Notes: generated by a model from the letters alone, not told the origin. A stretch of DNA of 63,959 bases from Octopus bimaculoides (GCF_001194135.2 NC_068984.1:14165921-14229879); one strand, 5' to 3'; numbered from the stretch's first letter, positions 1 to 13,319 are shown. A program made the numbers and translations.

Positions 1-24
1 TATATATATATATATATATGTATA

Positions 25-59
<35 letters not shown>

Positions 60-62
60 ATA
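1..62. repeat. (TA)n/(TG)n compound microsatellite
   Basis: Directly visible dinucleotide runs. Confidence 0.95.
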
Positions 63-1239
63 TACACATGCATATATGGGTTCAGGACAAGTAAACACAG
101 AGAAAGGACCCTTCATCAGTTGTCGGATGTCTATCTACTCCTCATTTCGATCATTCAACGACAATATAAGTCTTCAAAAACAGTTGCTCCCATATATTCT
201 AAAATAAATTCTAGGATTTATGGAGGGCCAAAGTAAGGAACAAAAACATGACATACAAGGAAACCGAACGAAAACAAACATGGATGGTCGTTAGACCAGA
301 ACAAGCGGAAAATAGTGAACGCTGTGAGAGACATTTCTTTTTTTGAAAAGGGAAAAGATAGAAGAGACTGGTAACTAACACAAGTAATATACATAAGTGT
401 ATATATTACTTGCTTTAGTTACCACTCTCTTACATTTCTATTTTCCTTTCATTATTTTTCCCGAGCACTTTTCTAGAACCTGTCAACCGAAATGTGCAGC
501 CGGCACCACAGAAGTTAATAACAGTAAAGCAGGTACCAAAATTGCATTGATATCCAAAGCAAAACTGATGACGAGCGGAACGCTCGTTAGCGTAGTGACA
601 TCATTTTCCCTGTACTTTACCTTGTCGTGCTTTGACAGCTATTCCATTATTATTTATGACACAACGCAATTTTTTTATCTCTCTGCTTTCGTTCTTACAT
701 CCTTCTCTGTTTTTCTGTCTCTCTCAATCTTCCTATCTCTTTTCGATCACCTATGTAGCTAGCGATGTGGCTATTTGTCTAACTTACCATCTATTCTGTT
801 ACTGTTTTGTCTCGTTGTCTTGCAGAAAATTGTCGTTTACCATCTCCTACCTTATCCTATAATCCTCACTCCATTTTCTTCTTCTAAGTTATAATTTCGA
901 TACACTGAATAGTGAACAAAGGACATTTCCGTACTTTGAGTTTGTGATCTTCTGTCGATGTTAATTCCAAAATATAGTATAAGCACATAATGAACACATA
1001 CAAAATTAAAAACAAAACTCTGATATTTTCCTCAATAAAATTAATATTGATCGTATAATTCGTTTTTACCCATGACATCGAGATACAAATTTTATTGATG
1101 AGACACATAATATCTCTATACAAAGATGATTAATTATATCAGTAATTCTATTATCTACAGGGTTGGACATACTAGCTGGCATCAAACGGTGTGATGATGG
1201 CTGGCAAGCCTAAGCTTCGAAGATTGTAAAACTTTTCCT

Positions 1240-1545
1240 TAGATGTGGCTGCATGTTAATTCGTTTAGTTTTTAACCAAATGGTTCTCGGTTCAATCTCA
1301 CTGTGTGTTACCTTGGTATAGAGTCGTCTACTATAGCTTTGCGAGTGTATTTGACAGGCGGAAACTAAAAGAAGCCCGTCCTAATATATATGTATATATC
1401 TATATGTGTGACTGTGTTTGTGTTTGCCCAGAACACACAACGTGACAACCAGTGTTAGTTTGTTAATACCCCCGAAACTTAGCGTTTCGACAAAAAGAAA
1501 CTGACAGACTAAGTAACAATCCTGAAAAAGTAAGTACTAGCACTC
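1240..1545 (+). mobile_element. SINE family B (tRNA head, CORE-like segment, internal microsatellite, tail), diverged
   Basis: Contains GGTTCAATCTCACTG..ACCTTGG..CTACTATAGC and GGAAACTAAAAGAAGCCCGTC, then TA/TG repeats and a tail (CTTAGCGTTTCGACAAAA). Similar to the better copies at 32575-33063 and 38929-39092. Confidence 0.65.
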
Positions 1546-1618
1546 TAAACATTGAGACATGTTTTTGTTTATATATGTGCCCTACGATGTATGTATATGT
1601 GAGCCTAAGCGTACGTAG

Positions 1619-1665
<47 letters not shown>

Positions 1666-2739
1666 NNNNNNNNNNNNNNNNNNNNNNNNNNNNNNNNNNN
1701 NNNNNNNNNNNNNNNNNNNNNNNNNNNNAAACACTTAGAGTGAAAGCTATTAAATTAGGAATTCGAACATTATATAAAAGTGCGATCGATATTAAGAATA
1801 GATGTGACACATATGTGTACGTTTACAGTGTCAAATACACTTACACAAAAATACAACCACACACACATACATTCAAAACCATTAAAGGCACACACACCTA
1901 CGTACTGGCGCGCGTGCACATATTCACTACAGAGACGTATACATTATGGCTGTTAGTAATATCATAAACCTGAGATATCTGATTAAATACAGCCATCGAA
2001 TGAAGTAAGCGAAACGTAATTATTTGTGAAGTTTTACATACTGTGACCACGTCTGGTAATGGTATACCGAGAAAATAGTAGGGAACAAGAATCAGAAATG
2101 CAGAACCAATGTAAAATGGCGAAGCTTAGCAAATTGGAACCAACGATCTTGAATTTATAGATAGGGTCACGACAAACAGTAACTTGTGAATCATTCATAT
2201 TGGCAGAGAGGAATAGTAAAACGATGCTTTATGAATTAAATTACTTAAGTGTTCGTGAATTATAAGACTAAATATTAACAAACACATACCCAGAACGCTA
2301 TCAATTTCGACAACAATTACGAATAATTGACGAACGTGCGTGCAAATATTCGGGAGATGACAGACGCACGCACGTGCTTCCTCACTCATACACAGACACA
2401 CAAGCACACATAGACATACACACGAGCACATATCTGTATATGTGTGCGATTTCTAAGGAAAGACATACATGCAAATATGCAGATCATATACGTATACATA
2501 TGCATGTGTGTTTCTCTGTGTGTTTGAGTTTATGCGTGTATGTGTGCGTATGTGTGCGTGCGTAAACATACACATATATACTGATACCTACACACGTACA
2601 CATATGCACACACGTGTTTCAAGCAATCGTTCACTACACCGGTTCGGCTAAGAGAAACATATTCATGCCTGTGCGCCCCATTCCGTCTCCTGACATATGT
2701 GCGTATGATGTATATCTGTGTCTCTGTCTGATCGTACAT

Positions 2740-2997
2740 TATATATATATATATATATATATNNNNNNNNNNNNNNNNNNNNNNNNNNNNNNNNNNNNNN
2801 NNNNNNNNNNNNNNNNNNNNNNNNNNNNNNNNNNNNNNNNNNNNNNNNNNNNNNNNNNNNNNNNNNNNNNNNNNNNNNNNNNNNNNNNNNNNNNNNNNNN
2901 NNNNNNNNNNNNNNNNNNNNNNNNNNNNNNNNNNNNNNNNNNNNNNNNNNNNNNNNNNNNNNNNNNNNNNNNNNNNNNNNNNNNNNNNNNNNNNNNN

Positions 2998-3081
<84 letters not shown>

Positions 3082-3155
3082 TATATATGCATATATATGT
3101 ATACATATATATAAGTAAATATACACATGTGTATGTATGTGTGTACGTATGTGTG
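2740..3155. repeat. (TA)n microsatellite with gap and degenerate TA/TG flank
   Basis: Visible repeat. Confidence 0.95.
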
Positions 3156-5873
3156 CATATTTTAGCTTCAATTTGACTTGTACACGAGAGCAATCAAATA
3201 CTTCTACTTTATGTTATGCTTTTTGTTTTAATCTAACATCCCACTCGTACCAATGTAAATACTATCTCAATATTTACTTTGCTTCTTCTGTGCACAATTG
3301 TTGCACAGTGTTATATTCAATGGAATTTCTCTGGTAATTATATCATCGAGTGTATAGAGGAAGACAGAAAAATAAGCCCCGGTGGGATTAGAACTCAGAA
3401 TGTGAAGTTTATTGGCGGCTAAGTTAGGGCGTCATTATTTGTTCGAACCGTCTGTACAGCTAGATAAAATTTTATTTCATCCATTCTGGTTCAAGGAAAA
3501 AAGTTAGCAGAATAGATCAGTGGATTTTTGTAACTCTAATAATGCCAACCCAGAATTTTTTCACAAGCTCTTCGGTTCTGTGTGTTCTAGGTTCAGTCCA
3601 CCGTCCCAGGGTCTATTTATTAAGTTACTCCACGTGCCTCTTTTAGCACAACCACTTGATGATTTACACGTCTTTATTAGAGTACGACCTGTAACAAGTA
3701 TTCAAGCGAAGTTTCCTCTTTAACGATACACTTCTTTCTTCCCTCTCTGTAGTCCTACAGACCCTATAAGTAACCATGAACACTCACGTCTCTCACCGAA
3801 TGCTTTTAAACATCGGGAAATATTTTTTTACGTTGGCATACGGTGTACTGAGGGACGGTGCAGAAAAAAGACAACAACTTACAATGGAGAGACGGCACAT
3901 AGCTTAGAGGAGCAGATAGGTGTTCACTGACGGGAGCTGAAAGAGGAGAAAAGCTCGTCAGTGGTCTACGAACATGTTCAATTAGAACATAGATGTTCGG
4001 TTAATAACATACATGTTAAGGTATTATCAATGTATAAAATAGAACGACTGGCGGATAGATTACAGAGGTCACGCACACAGTGATAGACAGACGATGCCTC
4101 AACAGAAAACACGACTGGAAAAATAACACACCTAATACCACACTATGTAACATGCCGACTGAATGGAAGTAAAAAAGGTACAGATACCAACTGTACAGTA
4201 AGCAAACCCATATACTCACACGCAAATCACACATAAAAAACACATAGACACGCGCACACACACTCACAGATACTGACACGAGCATGCGCAGATAAGGATA
4301 CACCATAGAAACATAGAATGGATTAAGCAGAACAGGAAGAAACACGTGGCATGACGATTCGGTGAAGAGGTCTCCAAACGAATGACGATGGATTTCCAGA
4401 CAAAGGCTATAAAATAAGAACAATGATAACGAATGCATAGAGCGTGTGGTTATTTTGCAAGAATACATTTGTCATTACTTTTCCAGTTAGTAACCTAATA
4501 AGTTGATAATGTACACGAGAGCATGTATGTTTATATGTTTTTATGCATGTGTGTATGGATGTATATATGTAAGTATACATGTACATACGTACGTGTACAT
4601 ACGCACATTCATATATGCGTATATGAATAGGTCTAATATTATCACATTTTCATATACGCATATTAATGAACTCCATAAATTAATAAGGAAATATAAAGTG
4701 TGTAATCATAGAACACTAATGAAATTCTCCGTACACAACAACAGGTCCGACACAGAGTTTATAGAACTCCATGAGCTCAGTTATTTTGAAGGTGAAGATT
4801 CCAGTGATTCGGGAAGTTCCTTTCATCAGAATATAACAAAAAGAAAAAGAGAAAATGTAGTAGTACCACGACATTATTTGGAGTGTTATGAGAAACACTG
4901 AGAGATCAGTAGTGTAAGAGGGTCGGAAGTCTATATTGGAGGACCAGCAATATAGAAAGACACCAGTATTTAAAAAAATGCAGTCGGAATGAGCTTTAAG
5001 CCAGTAGGGGAGACGGTAGGTGCTCATTTACAGAGGGTAGTGGAGAAAACGGTAAGCAGAGAAGAAGAGAAAGACGGAATAGATGCCCGAAAAGTTATAT
5101 TTCAGCGCACATTCAGCAACATTCTAATTTAGAATATAAAAGCTATTTGACCGATAGAAGTAAACACACATGTAAAATTCCGCCCTTTTCAGGTACAAAG
5201 CAACCCAGAAATATAACCAAACACACGTTAGCGCATACACGTTCACACGCACATTTTTATAAATACATTGGTGTTCATATATGTAAGATAGTAATTACAC
5301 ATTTTTAATGAAACGAACAGGTGAAAGAAGGCACGATGGCTGAGTTTGGGCTCAGTTACAAGGAGAATCGTTGGAAAATGAGGTAAATATTTACACGTTA
5401 ATGAGTGGAATTTTCTCGGTTGACAGTGGGACATTTTCTTTGCATTTGCATACGTCAGTTCATCTGAGCATTAGGAAAACACCACAGGCTAGGTACCGAC
5501 GAATAAAATGGCCAGGCAAGCCGACGTGACACGTCGAAGACTTAAAGACACTTTCTAAAGCTGTTCTGAATGCTGTGCAAGTTCAGTAAGCCATCCAAAT
5601 GACACCAGCCGTGCCTGTGCTTACGGCATTATATATTTTGCATAATGTTTATATATTAAATAAGAAAAGTTATATAGGAAATGGTCAGTTGTATTGAGTG
5701 TAAAAATAATACCTAGCAGTTTGATTTGGTCGACTGGAAGAGAATATTGTTTGGGAAAGTTCACGTTCCAGGTTGTCCATGGGTAGGTCAAAGTAACTTT
5801 TTAACCAGGGGATCATTGAGAAAATAGTCATTTGGGATGTTAGACTCAGTTATTAGTCCTGATTACACCTAAC

Positions 5874-5888
5874 ACACACACACACACG

Positions 5889-5955
<67 letters not shown>

Positions 5956-6126
5956 GTGCGAGTGAATACTGCATATATATACATTTATATACGTACAAAC
6001 ATTCATACATACATATATACACACATATATATATATATAATATATATATGTACATATATATATATATATATATATACATACATACGTACACACACATACA
6101 CACACACGCACGCACGCACACGCACG

Positions 6127-6160
<34 letters not shown>

Positions 6161-6696
6161 NNNNNNNNNNNNNNNNNNNNNNNNNNNNNNNNNNNNNNNN
6201 NNNNNNNNNNNNNNNNNNNNNNNNNNNNNNNNNNNNNNNNNNNNNNNNNNNNNNNNNNNNNNNNNNNNNNNNNNNNNNNNNNNNNNNNNNNNNNNNNNNN
6301 NNNNNNNNNNNNNNNNNNNNNNNNNNNNNNNNNNNNNNNNNNNNNNNNNNNNNNNNNNNNNNNNNNNNNNNNNNNNNNNNNNNNNNNNNNNNNNNNNNNN
6401 NNNNNNNNNNNNNNNNNNNNNNNNNNNNNNNNNNNNNNNNNNNNNNNNNNNNNNNNNNNNNNNNNNNNNNNNNNNNNNNNNNNNNNNNNNNNNNNNNNNN
6501 NNNNNNNNNNNNNNNNNNNNNNNNNNNNNNNNNNNNNNNNNNNNNNNNNNNNNNNNNNNNNNNNNNNNNNNNNNNNNNNNNNNNNNNNNNNNNNNNNNNN
6601 NNNNNNNNNNNNNNNNNNNNNNNNNNNNNNNNNNNNNNNNNNNNNNNNNNNNNNNNNNNNNNNNNNNNNNNNNNNNNNNNNNNNNNNNNNNNNNNN

Positions 6697-6744
<48 letters not shown>

Positions 6745-6785
6745 GTATATGTATGTGCAAATATATATATATATATATATGTGTG
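5874..6785. repeat. Compound (TG)n/(TA)n/(CACG)n/(CA)n microsatellite with gap
   Basis: Visible repeat. Confidence 0.95.
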
Positions 6786-7685
6786 TATTGGTATATGGAA
6801 AGCTTGCATATTAATCGGTGTTTAATGGATACAAGTGTGATATTCATTACCGAGGGAATAGAAGAATTTATCAGCATGAACTGTTCCCCAGTATTAGGAA
6901 AACAGCTAGAATTATCAACGTTTATTTCATAGAGTGTGATATGAAATGTATACGGAACTCGTTATATCTAATAATTTCAACTGATAACTAGCGAATCGTC
7001 GACAAAACAGTAAAATTAATCAATGTTTATTGAAAATATGATGATATGCAATATGTAGACAACTATTGTATCCATCGATATTTACTTCATGTTTACCCAA
7101 AGTTAGATTTTTGACTGATTGATAAGTACCAGAGCCATGTTTATACATGCCATTGAGTGATCTGGATTTATTCACATTGCGTAGTGTCAGAAACGATATT
7201 GCTTCCATCAAGAGGTATTATGATTTATAATTCTGTTCATTTTGTGATCTGAGTTTAAAACGCGCAATTAAAGAACTTGAGTTTTATCTTCTCTTGTCAA
7301 CAGAACAAAATCCCAGTAAAACCCTGAAATTTTAAATAACTAGTGATACCATTGTTTCCCAGCTTTCTTCATTGAAATACTACGGCTGAGAGCCACAAAC
7401 GTTTTTCGAGCAACATGCTTATTATGTTTATGCGAAGCAGCAAATCATGAGTGTTATTAACTTTCAAAGACATTCATAGAACAATGTCGTGCGAATGCTG
7501 TCATGAACAAGATATAGAATGCATAAGTCAGTGAGTACGATGTAGGTCAGAAGAAAAGAACAAGAAGTATATATATATATATATACATTTTTCACTGTTT
7601 TTAGTGAAGAGCGAAGAGACCAGTGTATGAAGAACCATATGCAATGAGAAAGAAATTGGAAACAGCCATTTTCTTACTCTCTTCT

Positions 7686-7710
7686 TTTCTCTCTTTCTCT
7701 CTCTCTCTCC

Positions 7711-7745
<35 letters not shown>

Positions 7746-7756
7746 GCTCTCTCTCT
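7686..7756. repeat. (CT)n microsatellite
   Basis: Visible repeat. Confidence 0.9.
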
Positions 7757-7954
7757 TAATATTATAATGTTCGCTGAACATTTACTTTGATATTACCTAT
7801 CCCTGTGAATATGCTATTCATAAGCAATATATATATATATATATAAATTTAAATAAGAGCTAAAAGACGATCCATTGTAAAAACTTTATTATGACCTATG
7901 AACATTTCGATGCAATATCCCGACTAACTCATGCATATTATAAAATATGGAATA

Positions 7955-8449
7955 TTGTATCCTATTCTTTGTAATCCTAGTACTTATTTTATCGGTGTCT
8001 CTTTTGCCGAACCNNNNNNNNNNNNNNNNNNNNNNNNNNNNNNNNNNNNNNNNNNNNNNNNNNNNNNNNNNNNNNNNNNNNNNNNNNNNNNNNNNNNNNN
8101 NNNNNNNNNNNNNNNNNNNNNNNNNNNNNNNNNNNNNNNNNNNNNNNNNNNNNNNNNNNNNNNNNNNNNNNNNNNNNNNNNNNNNNNNNNNNNNNNNNNN
8201 NNNNNNNNNNNNNNNNNNNNNNNNNNNNNNNNNNNNNNNNNNNNNNNNNNNNNNNNNNNNNNNNNNNNNNNNNNNNNNNNNNATACGACGGGCTTCTTTC
8301 GGTTTTCGTCTACCAAATCTACTCACAATGCTTTGGTCGGCCCGAGGCTATAGTACAAGACACTTGCCCAAGGTGCCACGCAGTGGGACTGAACCCGGAA
8401 CCATGTGGTTCGTATGCAAGCTACTTACCACACAGTCACACCTGCGCCT
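7955..8449 (-). mobile_element. SINE family B; internal microsatellite falls in the gap
   Basis: Head at 8283-8449: on the minus strand GGCGCAGGTGTGACTGTGTGGTAAGTAGC..GGGTTCAGTCCCACTGCGTGGCACCTTGGGCAAGTGTCTT (A/B-box-like plus CORE-like CCTTGGGCAAGT). Tail fragment at 7955-8013. Confidence 0.85.
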
Positions 8450-9157
8450 ATATGGTTAAAAAATACATTAAAATGGTCATGTTAGGAAAATGTTATAAAG
8501 TTTTGTGTATTGTAATATTGTTTTGGAGAAATAAACAGTTACGCATTTTCTTTTGAAATTTACCAAATTTCCTTATCGATGTTGTGTCATCTATTCGTTA
8601 TTGTGTGATGAAAAAGAGTTCGAAACAGGGGGAGGTAATCAGGGATTTTTTCGGTATAAGGGAGATAATCAAGTATATTGGGTATGAATAGGTTTGGTCA
8701 ATGTAGTATGATTTCGTTTCGATAGAATAAAATGTTAGAAATGGTTAAATTTTGACTTAGATTTTTCAATGAGGTAGGTTTCCTTGTTTAATCTAACTTG
8801 TTTTGCTGTTCCAATAGCACATTAATATGGAAAGAATACAAATTATGGTAGCAGTTATTTTGCGCATCTGTCAGTGTGTTCACTAAAGGGTATAATTCTG
8901 TATTCTCGGAACGGAATCTGCTGTCGGTGCAGAGTGCATCTGCGTCTCAGCGATAATCCCGTGGACCCTATGTAGTTTTAGTGGCAAAAGAAATTTGAGA
9001 AATTTGAAAAGAAAATGCAAGACCGGTTATTTCTCCAAAAACAATGTTTCTAAACACAAAATAAATTATATCATTTTCCTAACATGACAATTTTGCTATA
9101 TTTTTTAACCATATAATACAAATCTTCTGTAGTTTTATCATTCTATTTTGTTATATG

Positions 9158-9196
<39 letters not shown>

Positions 9197-9894
9197 AATT
9201 CTCTAAATGAAGTATTAACAGTAACTGCACGATAAAGTGTAGTATATTGCCACTTAAGTGTGGCTGACCCCTAGGGGTNNNNNNNNNNNNNNNNNNNNNN
9301 NNNNNNNNNNNNNNNNNNNNNNNNNNNNNNNNNNNNNNNNNNNNNNNNNNNNNNNNNNNNNNNNNNNNNNNNNNNNNNNNNNNNNNNNNNNNNNNNNNNN
9401 NNNNNNNNNNNNNNNNNNNNNNNNNNTATATATATATATATATATATACATATATATTTATACATATATATACTTATGTATATATATTTTTTTGTGTATA
9501 TGCATGCTTGTATGTGTCTATGTAAGTATCTGTTGAGATAGATTGCACTGAAAGCACAGTCTAGTCTTGTTATATCTTAATCCTTAGCTTTTAAGATTTT
9601 GTATGAGTCTTTTACAGTTTGTTGGAACTATTCATTCTCCTAGTACTTCATAATCGTCAATTTCATAGTCTTCACAGTCTCATCATCATGGATGAAACCT
9701 TTTATTGTTGTATGCAACTAATTCTTTCCAAACAGACATATAATCTTCAGCAGAATCTAGCATCCAATTTTGTTTGAACGATTAGCTTAAATGTTTCGGC
9801 TGTATTTTTGATGAGATCGACAGAAACGTTGGCAAATAACATATAGAAAATTTACTGTTTCTAAGGCATATAACAAGCATGAGAAAATATCTTA

Positions 9895-10060
9895 AATCTT
9901 TTGCCTGTTTCAATCGTTATACTGCGGCCATGCTGGGCAACTGCCTTGAAGGATTTTAGTAAAAAGAATTAATCCTAGTACTTTTTTTTTTATTTTAAAC
10001 CCTTGTACATAACCTATCTTTTGCCGAACGACTGTGTAATGGTAAGGGGAGAGAAAACAC
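9895..10060 (-). mobile_element. SINE family B 3' tail fragment
   Basis: CTGCGGCCATGCTGGGCAACTGCC..CCTAGTACTT..TCTTTTGCCGAAC matches the tails at 13330-13551 and 32575-32770. Confidence 0.7.
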
Positions 10061-10289
10061 AAAAACCGCTCCGATATTTATGTGTGTGTGTGTGTGTGTA
10101 TGGGTGCGAGCGTGCGTGTGTAAGTCGCCATAAGCTATTCTATAACGGCTACCTCTGATGAGCGCAGGATTACATGATCGGACTGTTACATTAACACTCC
10201 CTTGAATCCCTAGCACGAAACCTATTTGTAGGATCGGCCGTAAGGGATATGTAATACTTTACACTTTGACATATATATACATATCTTAT

Positions 10290-10725
10290 TTTTATCTGTT
10301 GCAGTTCTTAGACCGCGACCGTACTGAAGCACCTTTTTGAAGAACTTTTAGTTGAATGAATCGACATCATTTTCTTAAGGCTGATACTTATTCTATTGGT
10401 CTTTATTCATACTATAGATCTCGTTTGCTAAACCGCTAAGTTACAGGGACGTAAGCAAGCCAAAACCGATTTCCAAACGTTGGTGAGGACACGGGGTAGG
10501 GACACAGACACAAAGACACCTCTCACACACAAACACTTGCACACGAACACACACACACACACACATATGAGAGGCTTATTTTTCACCTTCTGTCGACCAC
10601 ACTCACGCACAGTGTTTTTGTTGGCCCATACTATATTAGAAAACACTCAACCAAGGTGTCATGCAGTGGGATTGAACTCGTATCTACGTGGATGGAATAC
10701 ATACTTGTTAGCACACAGTCACGCT
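10290..10725 (-). mobile_element. SINE family B, full length, diverged
   Basis: Tail (CGCTAAGTTACAGGGACGTAA), internal (CA)n and head (CCAAGGTGTCATGCAGTGGGATTGAAC) occur in the same order as in the 32575-33063 copy. Confidence 0.75.
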
Positions 10726-10751
10726 TGAGTATCATATGAGAAACAAAAAAC

Positions 10752-10782
10752 TAATAAGCTTAATAAGCTTAATAAGCTTAAT
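10752..10782. repeat. 9-bp tandem repeat (TAATAAGCT) x3.4
   Basis: Visible exact repeat. Confidence 0.9.
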
Positions 10783-10870
10783 CTCGGAAAGCACTGTTCT
10801 GTAGTTTGAAATGTATCCAACACCCAATTAATATACATGGCATCGGCATCTACTAAATATATTACCCGAT

Positions 10871-11128
10871 ATTATTTACATTATTTACATTCGACGGATA
10901 TTTGTCCTAATCTTGTTTGTTGTTAACACAACTTTTCGGCTGATATACCCAGCAGCCTTCTTCAGGTGCCTTGGGGAAATTTCGAACCTGGGTTTATTAT
11001 TATTATTATTATTGTTGTTGTTGTTGTTCAGGTCACTGCTTGGAATCGAACTTGGAATGTTGGGATTAGCTGCCCGCGCTCTTAACAACTACGCCATATA
11101 TCCGTCGAATATAAATAATGTAAATAAT
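10871..11128 (-). mobile_element. tRNA-headed element (family D) with (AAY)n spacer and hammerhead-containing tail, bounded by 31-bp inverted repeats
   Basis: Minus strand: A-box-like TGGCGTAGTTG (11096-11086), B-box GTTCGATTC (11051-11043), (AAC/AAT)n at 11028-10995, hammerhead motif at 10970-10925. 10871-10901 and 11098-11128 are inverted repeats with 30/31 identity. Confidence 0.75.
10925..10970 (-). ncRNA. Minimal type I hammerhead ribozyme motif (one substitution in stem III)
   Basis: GGCAC-CUGAAGA-A-GGCUG-(10 nt loop)-CAGCC-GAAA-A-GUU/GUGUU. Stem I has 5 bp (2 G-U) and stem II 5 bp. Position 15.2 is A where C is expected. Confidence 0.6.
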
Positions 11129-11428
11129 GTACATAATTCCTCATCTCTTAAATCTAGAACTGTATATTACAGGAATTGGAAGCTTCGAAAATTGACTTAC
11201 AAAATAATTTTCTATATGACGAAATTTTAACCAACAAATCCTTTATATAGTAATTATTACAAAACATAATTCATATAAATTTGTTTATGAATACGATAAA
11301 TATTGCACTATATTATATTAAACAAACCTGTTTTATTATTCTCTGAAGTATCTACATGAACATATCACTTGTATGTCAGATAAATAACCAGTCATACACA
11401 TACGGGCACACACATATATAGAAGAAAA

Positions 11429-11447
11429 GATAGATAGATAGATAGAT

Positions 11448-11491
<44 letters not shown>

Positions 11492-11496
11492 GTGAC

Positions 11497-11543
<47 letters not shown>

Positions 11544-11556
11544 CATAGATAGAGAT
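11429..11556. repeat. (GATA)n/(GA)n compound microsatellite
   Basis: Visible repeat. Confidence 0.95.
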
Positions 11557-11677
11557 ATATATACACATAAATACACAAGCATATTTAATACATTGTGTGA
11601 TAGTCAAAGATAGTTACATTGTGTGATATACATATATATATATATATATATATCAATGTCTGATATTCAAAGATATA

Positions 11678-11724
<47 letters not shown>

Positions 11725-12307
11725 CTTATGCATTGCTCAAAGTAAAATGTAATTACATTCAATGAAAGAAAATATATTCACTTCAATTAAGAACGAAGCC
11801 TATAAAGAACAATTTCACGATAATTACATAACTTATTGAAATTTTATTGCCGTTGTCAACACGTCTTTCTAAATTCTGGATACAAAAGAATAGAACAACT
11901 GGTTTGTTCCAGCTTTTCTTGTTGAAAATGATGGACACTTTTGGTACATATCATAATAATTCTAATTTAATACACAAATTGTATAAATTTCTGTCTTAAT
12001 ATGTAAAATATAAATATTCGCCATTGATAGATAATTGTTTCATTTATGTCTTAGGATATATTAGATTATGGCGGATGTAGACAGGTTCTCAGACAACATT
12101 CTAAAGCTTCATATTATTTTGTTATTCATGATTGTTGTAGATTCTTTTATGTACAACAACATTGTTTGACGATATTGACTTGTATGTTATAGCTTTATAT
12201 ATGTTATTAAAGCGCCAAGCATTACACCTCGTAGATCTTAATTCCATATATAGATCAACATAGTCGCACACACTTACAAAACGCGCGCCCACACGAACAT
12301 ATATATA

Positions 12308-12352
<45 letters not shown>

Positions 12353-12984
12353 NNNNNNNNNNTGTATGTGTGTGTGTGTGTGTGTGTGTATGTGTGTGTG
12401 TGTGTATGTGTGTGTGTGTGTGTGTGTGTATAGTTTGTTTTGTTTTTACAAAGAACACTTTTAAAATTAATAAATGTCAAGAAAATATTTCCATAAATGT
12501 TTTGACTGTATCAAGTATTACTGCCAAAGCTTTTAAATATTTAAAGAAATGTTACAAGTTTACAATGACACTGACAAGATCAAAACCATCTGTGAATATG
12601 AATGGACGTTTAAGAATTTTTAGGAATTTTTCGAAAAAAAAAACTGATGAATCTCACACAGACATATGACTCAGATAAACATTTCGAGAAATGGTAAAAA
12701 AAAAAAAAACCCGTAGATCCAGATGTAAAGTAGAAACTTGTTGTCATTAAAAAACACTACAGAGACTTCGAATATGACCAGCGTGATAGTAATAACGACG
12801 GAACATTCCGATGTACAGGATATATTTGAGGAATGGAATTCATTTGCAGAATGAAGCGGATAAGAGGAATCAGATAATGTTGTGTAATAGTTTATTATTG
12901 GGGAAAAAGTAAAGTTCTTTCCCGAGTCATATGGACCCGTTGTGTCATTTTCCCGGTTTCCATGCTGTGTATATTCCCTACCTG

Positions 12985-13070
12985 GATGGGACGTCGATCC
13001 GTCGCGGGATAAATTATTTATTCCAGCTGAGTGAACTGGATCAATATGAAATGAAGTGTTTTGCAAAAAA
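12985..13070 (-). mobile_element. Fragment of CORE-like SINE (family C-related)
   Basis: CCAGCTGAGTGAACTGGATCAATATGAAATGAAGTGTTTTGC resembles the reverse complement of the central region of the 22921-23197 copy. Confidence 0.45.
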
Positions 13071-13084
13071 AAAGCGTTTTTTTA

Positions 13085-13120
13085 AAAAATCTACAAACTC
13101 GTGGAGAAAAGAAACCCGTC

Positions 13121-13160
<40 letters not shown>

Positions 13161-13271
13161 NNNNNNNNNNNNNNNNNNNNNNNNNNNNNNNNNNNNNNNN
13201 NNNNNNNNNNNNNNNNNNNNNNNNNNNNNNNNNNNNNNNNNNNNNNNNNNNNNNNNNNNNNNNNNNNNNNN

Positions 13272-13319
<48 letters not shown>

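Noticed and set aside
565-589. CTGATGA followed by a perfect hairpin ACGAGCG-GAA-CGCTCGT
   Set aside because: Resembles a hammerhead 5' half, but no GAAA follows stem II and there is no stem I or III. No D box partner is evident for a snoRNA.
397-762. 121-aa hydrophobic ORF resembling a membrane or GPI tail
   Set aside because: Hydrophobicity comes from T/C-rich low-complexity DNA; no recognisable domain.
4750-4901. Acidic, Ser-rich open frame (SDTEFIELHELSYFEGEDSSDSGSS..)
   Set aside because: Weak acceptor, no homology recognised, and open frames of this length are expected by chance.
10150-10245. CTGATGA..GAAAC..GTA hammerhead-like spacing
   Set aside because: Stem II is mismatched with a very long loop, and stem I does not form.
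11030-11100. tRNA-like sequences here and in the other SINE heads as true tRNA genes
   Set aside because: Acceptor and T stems do not close, and each continues into SINE body sequence.
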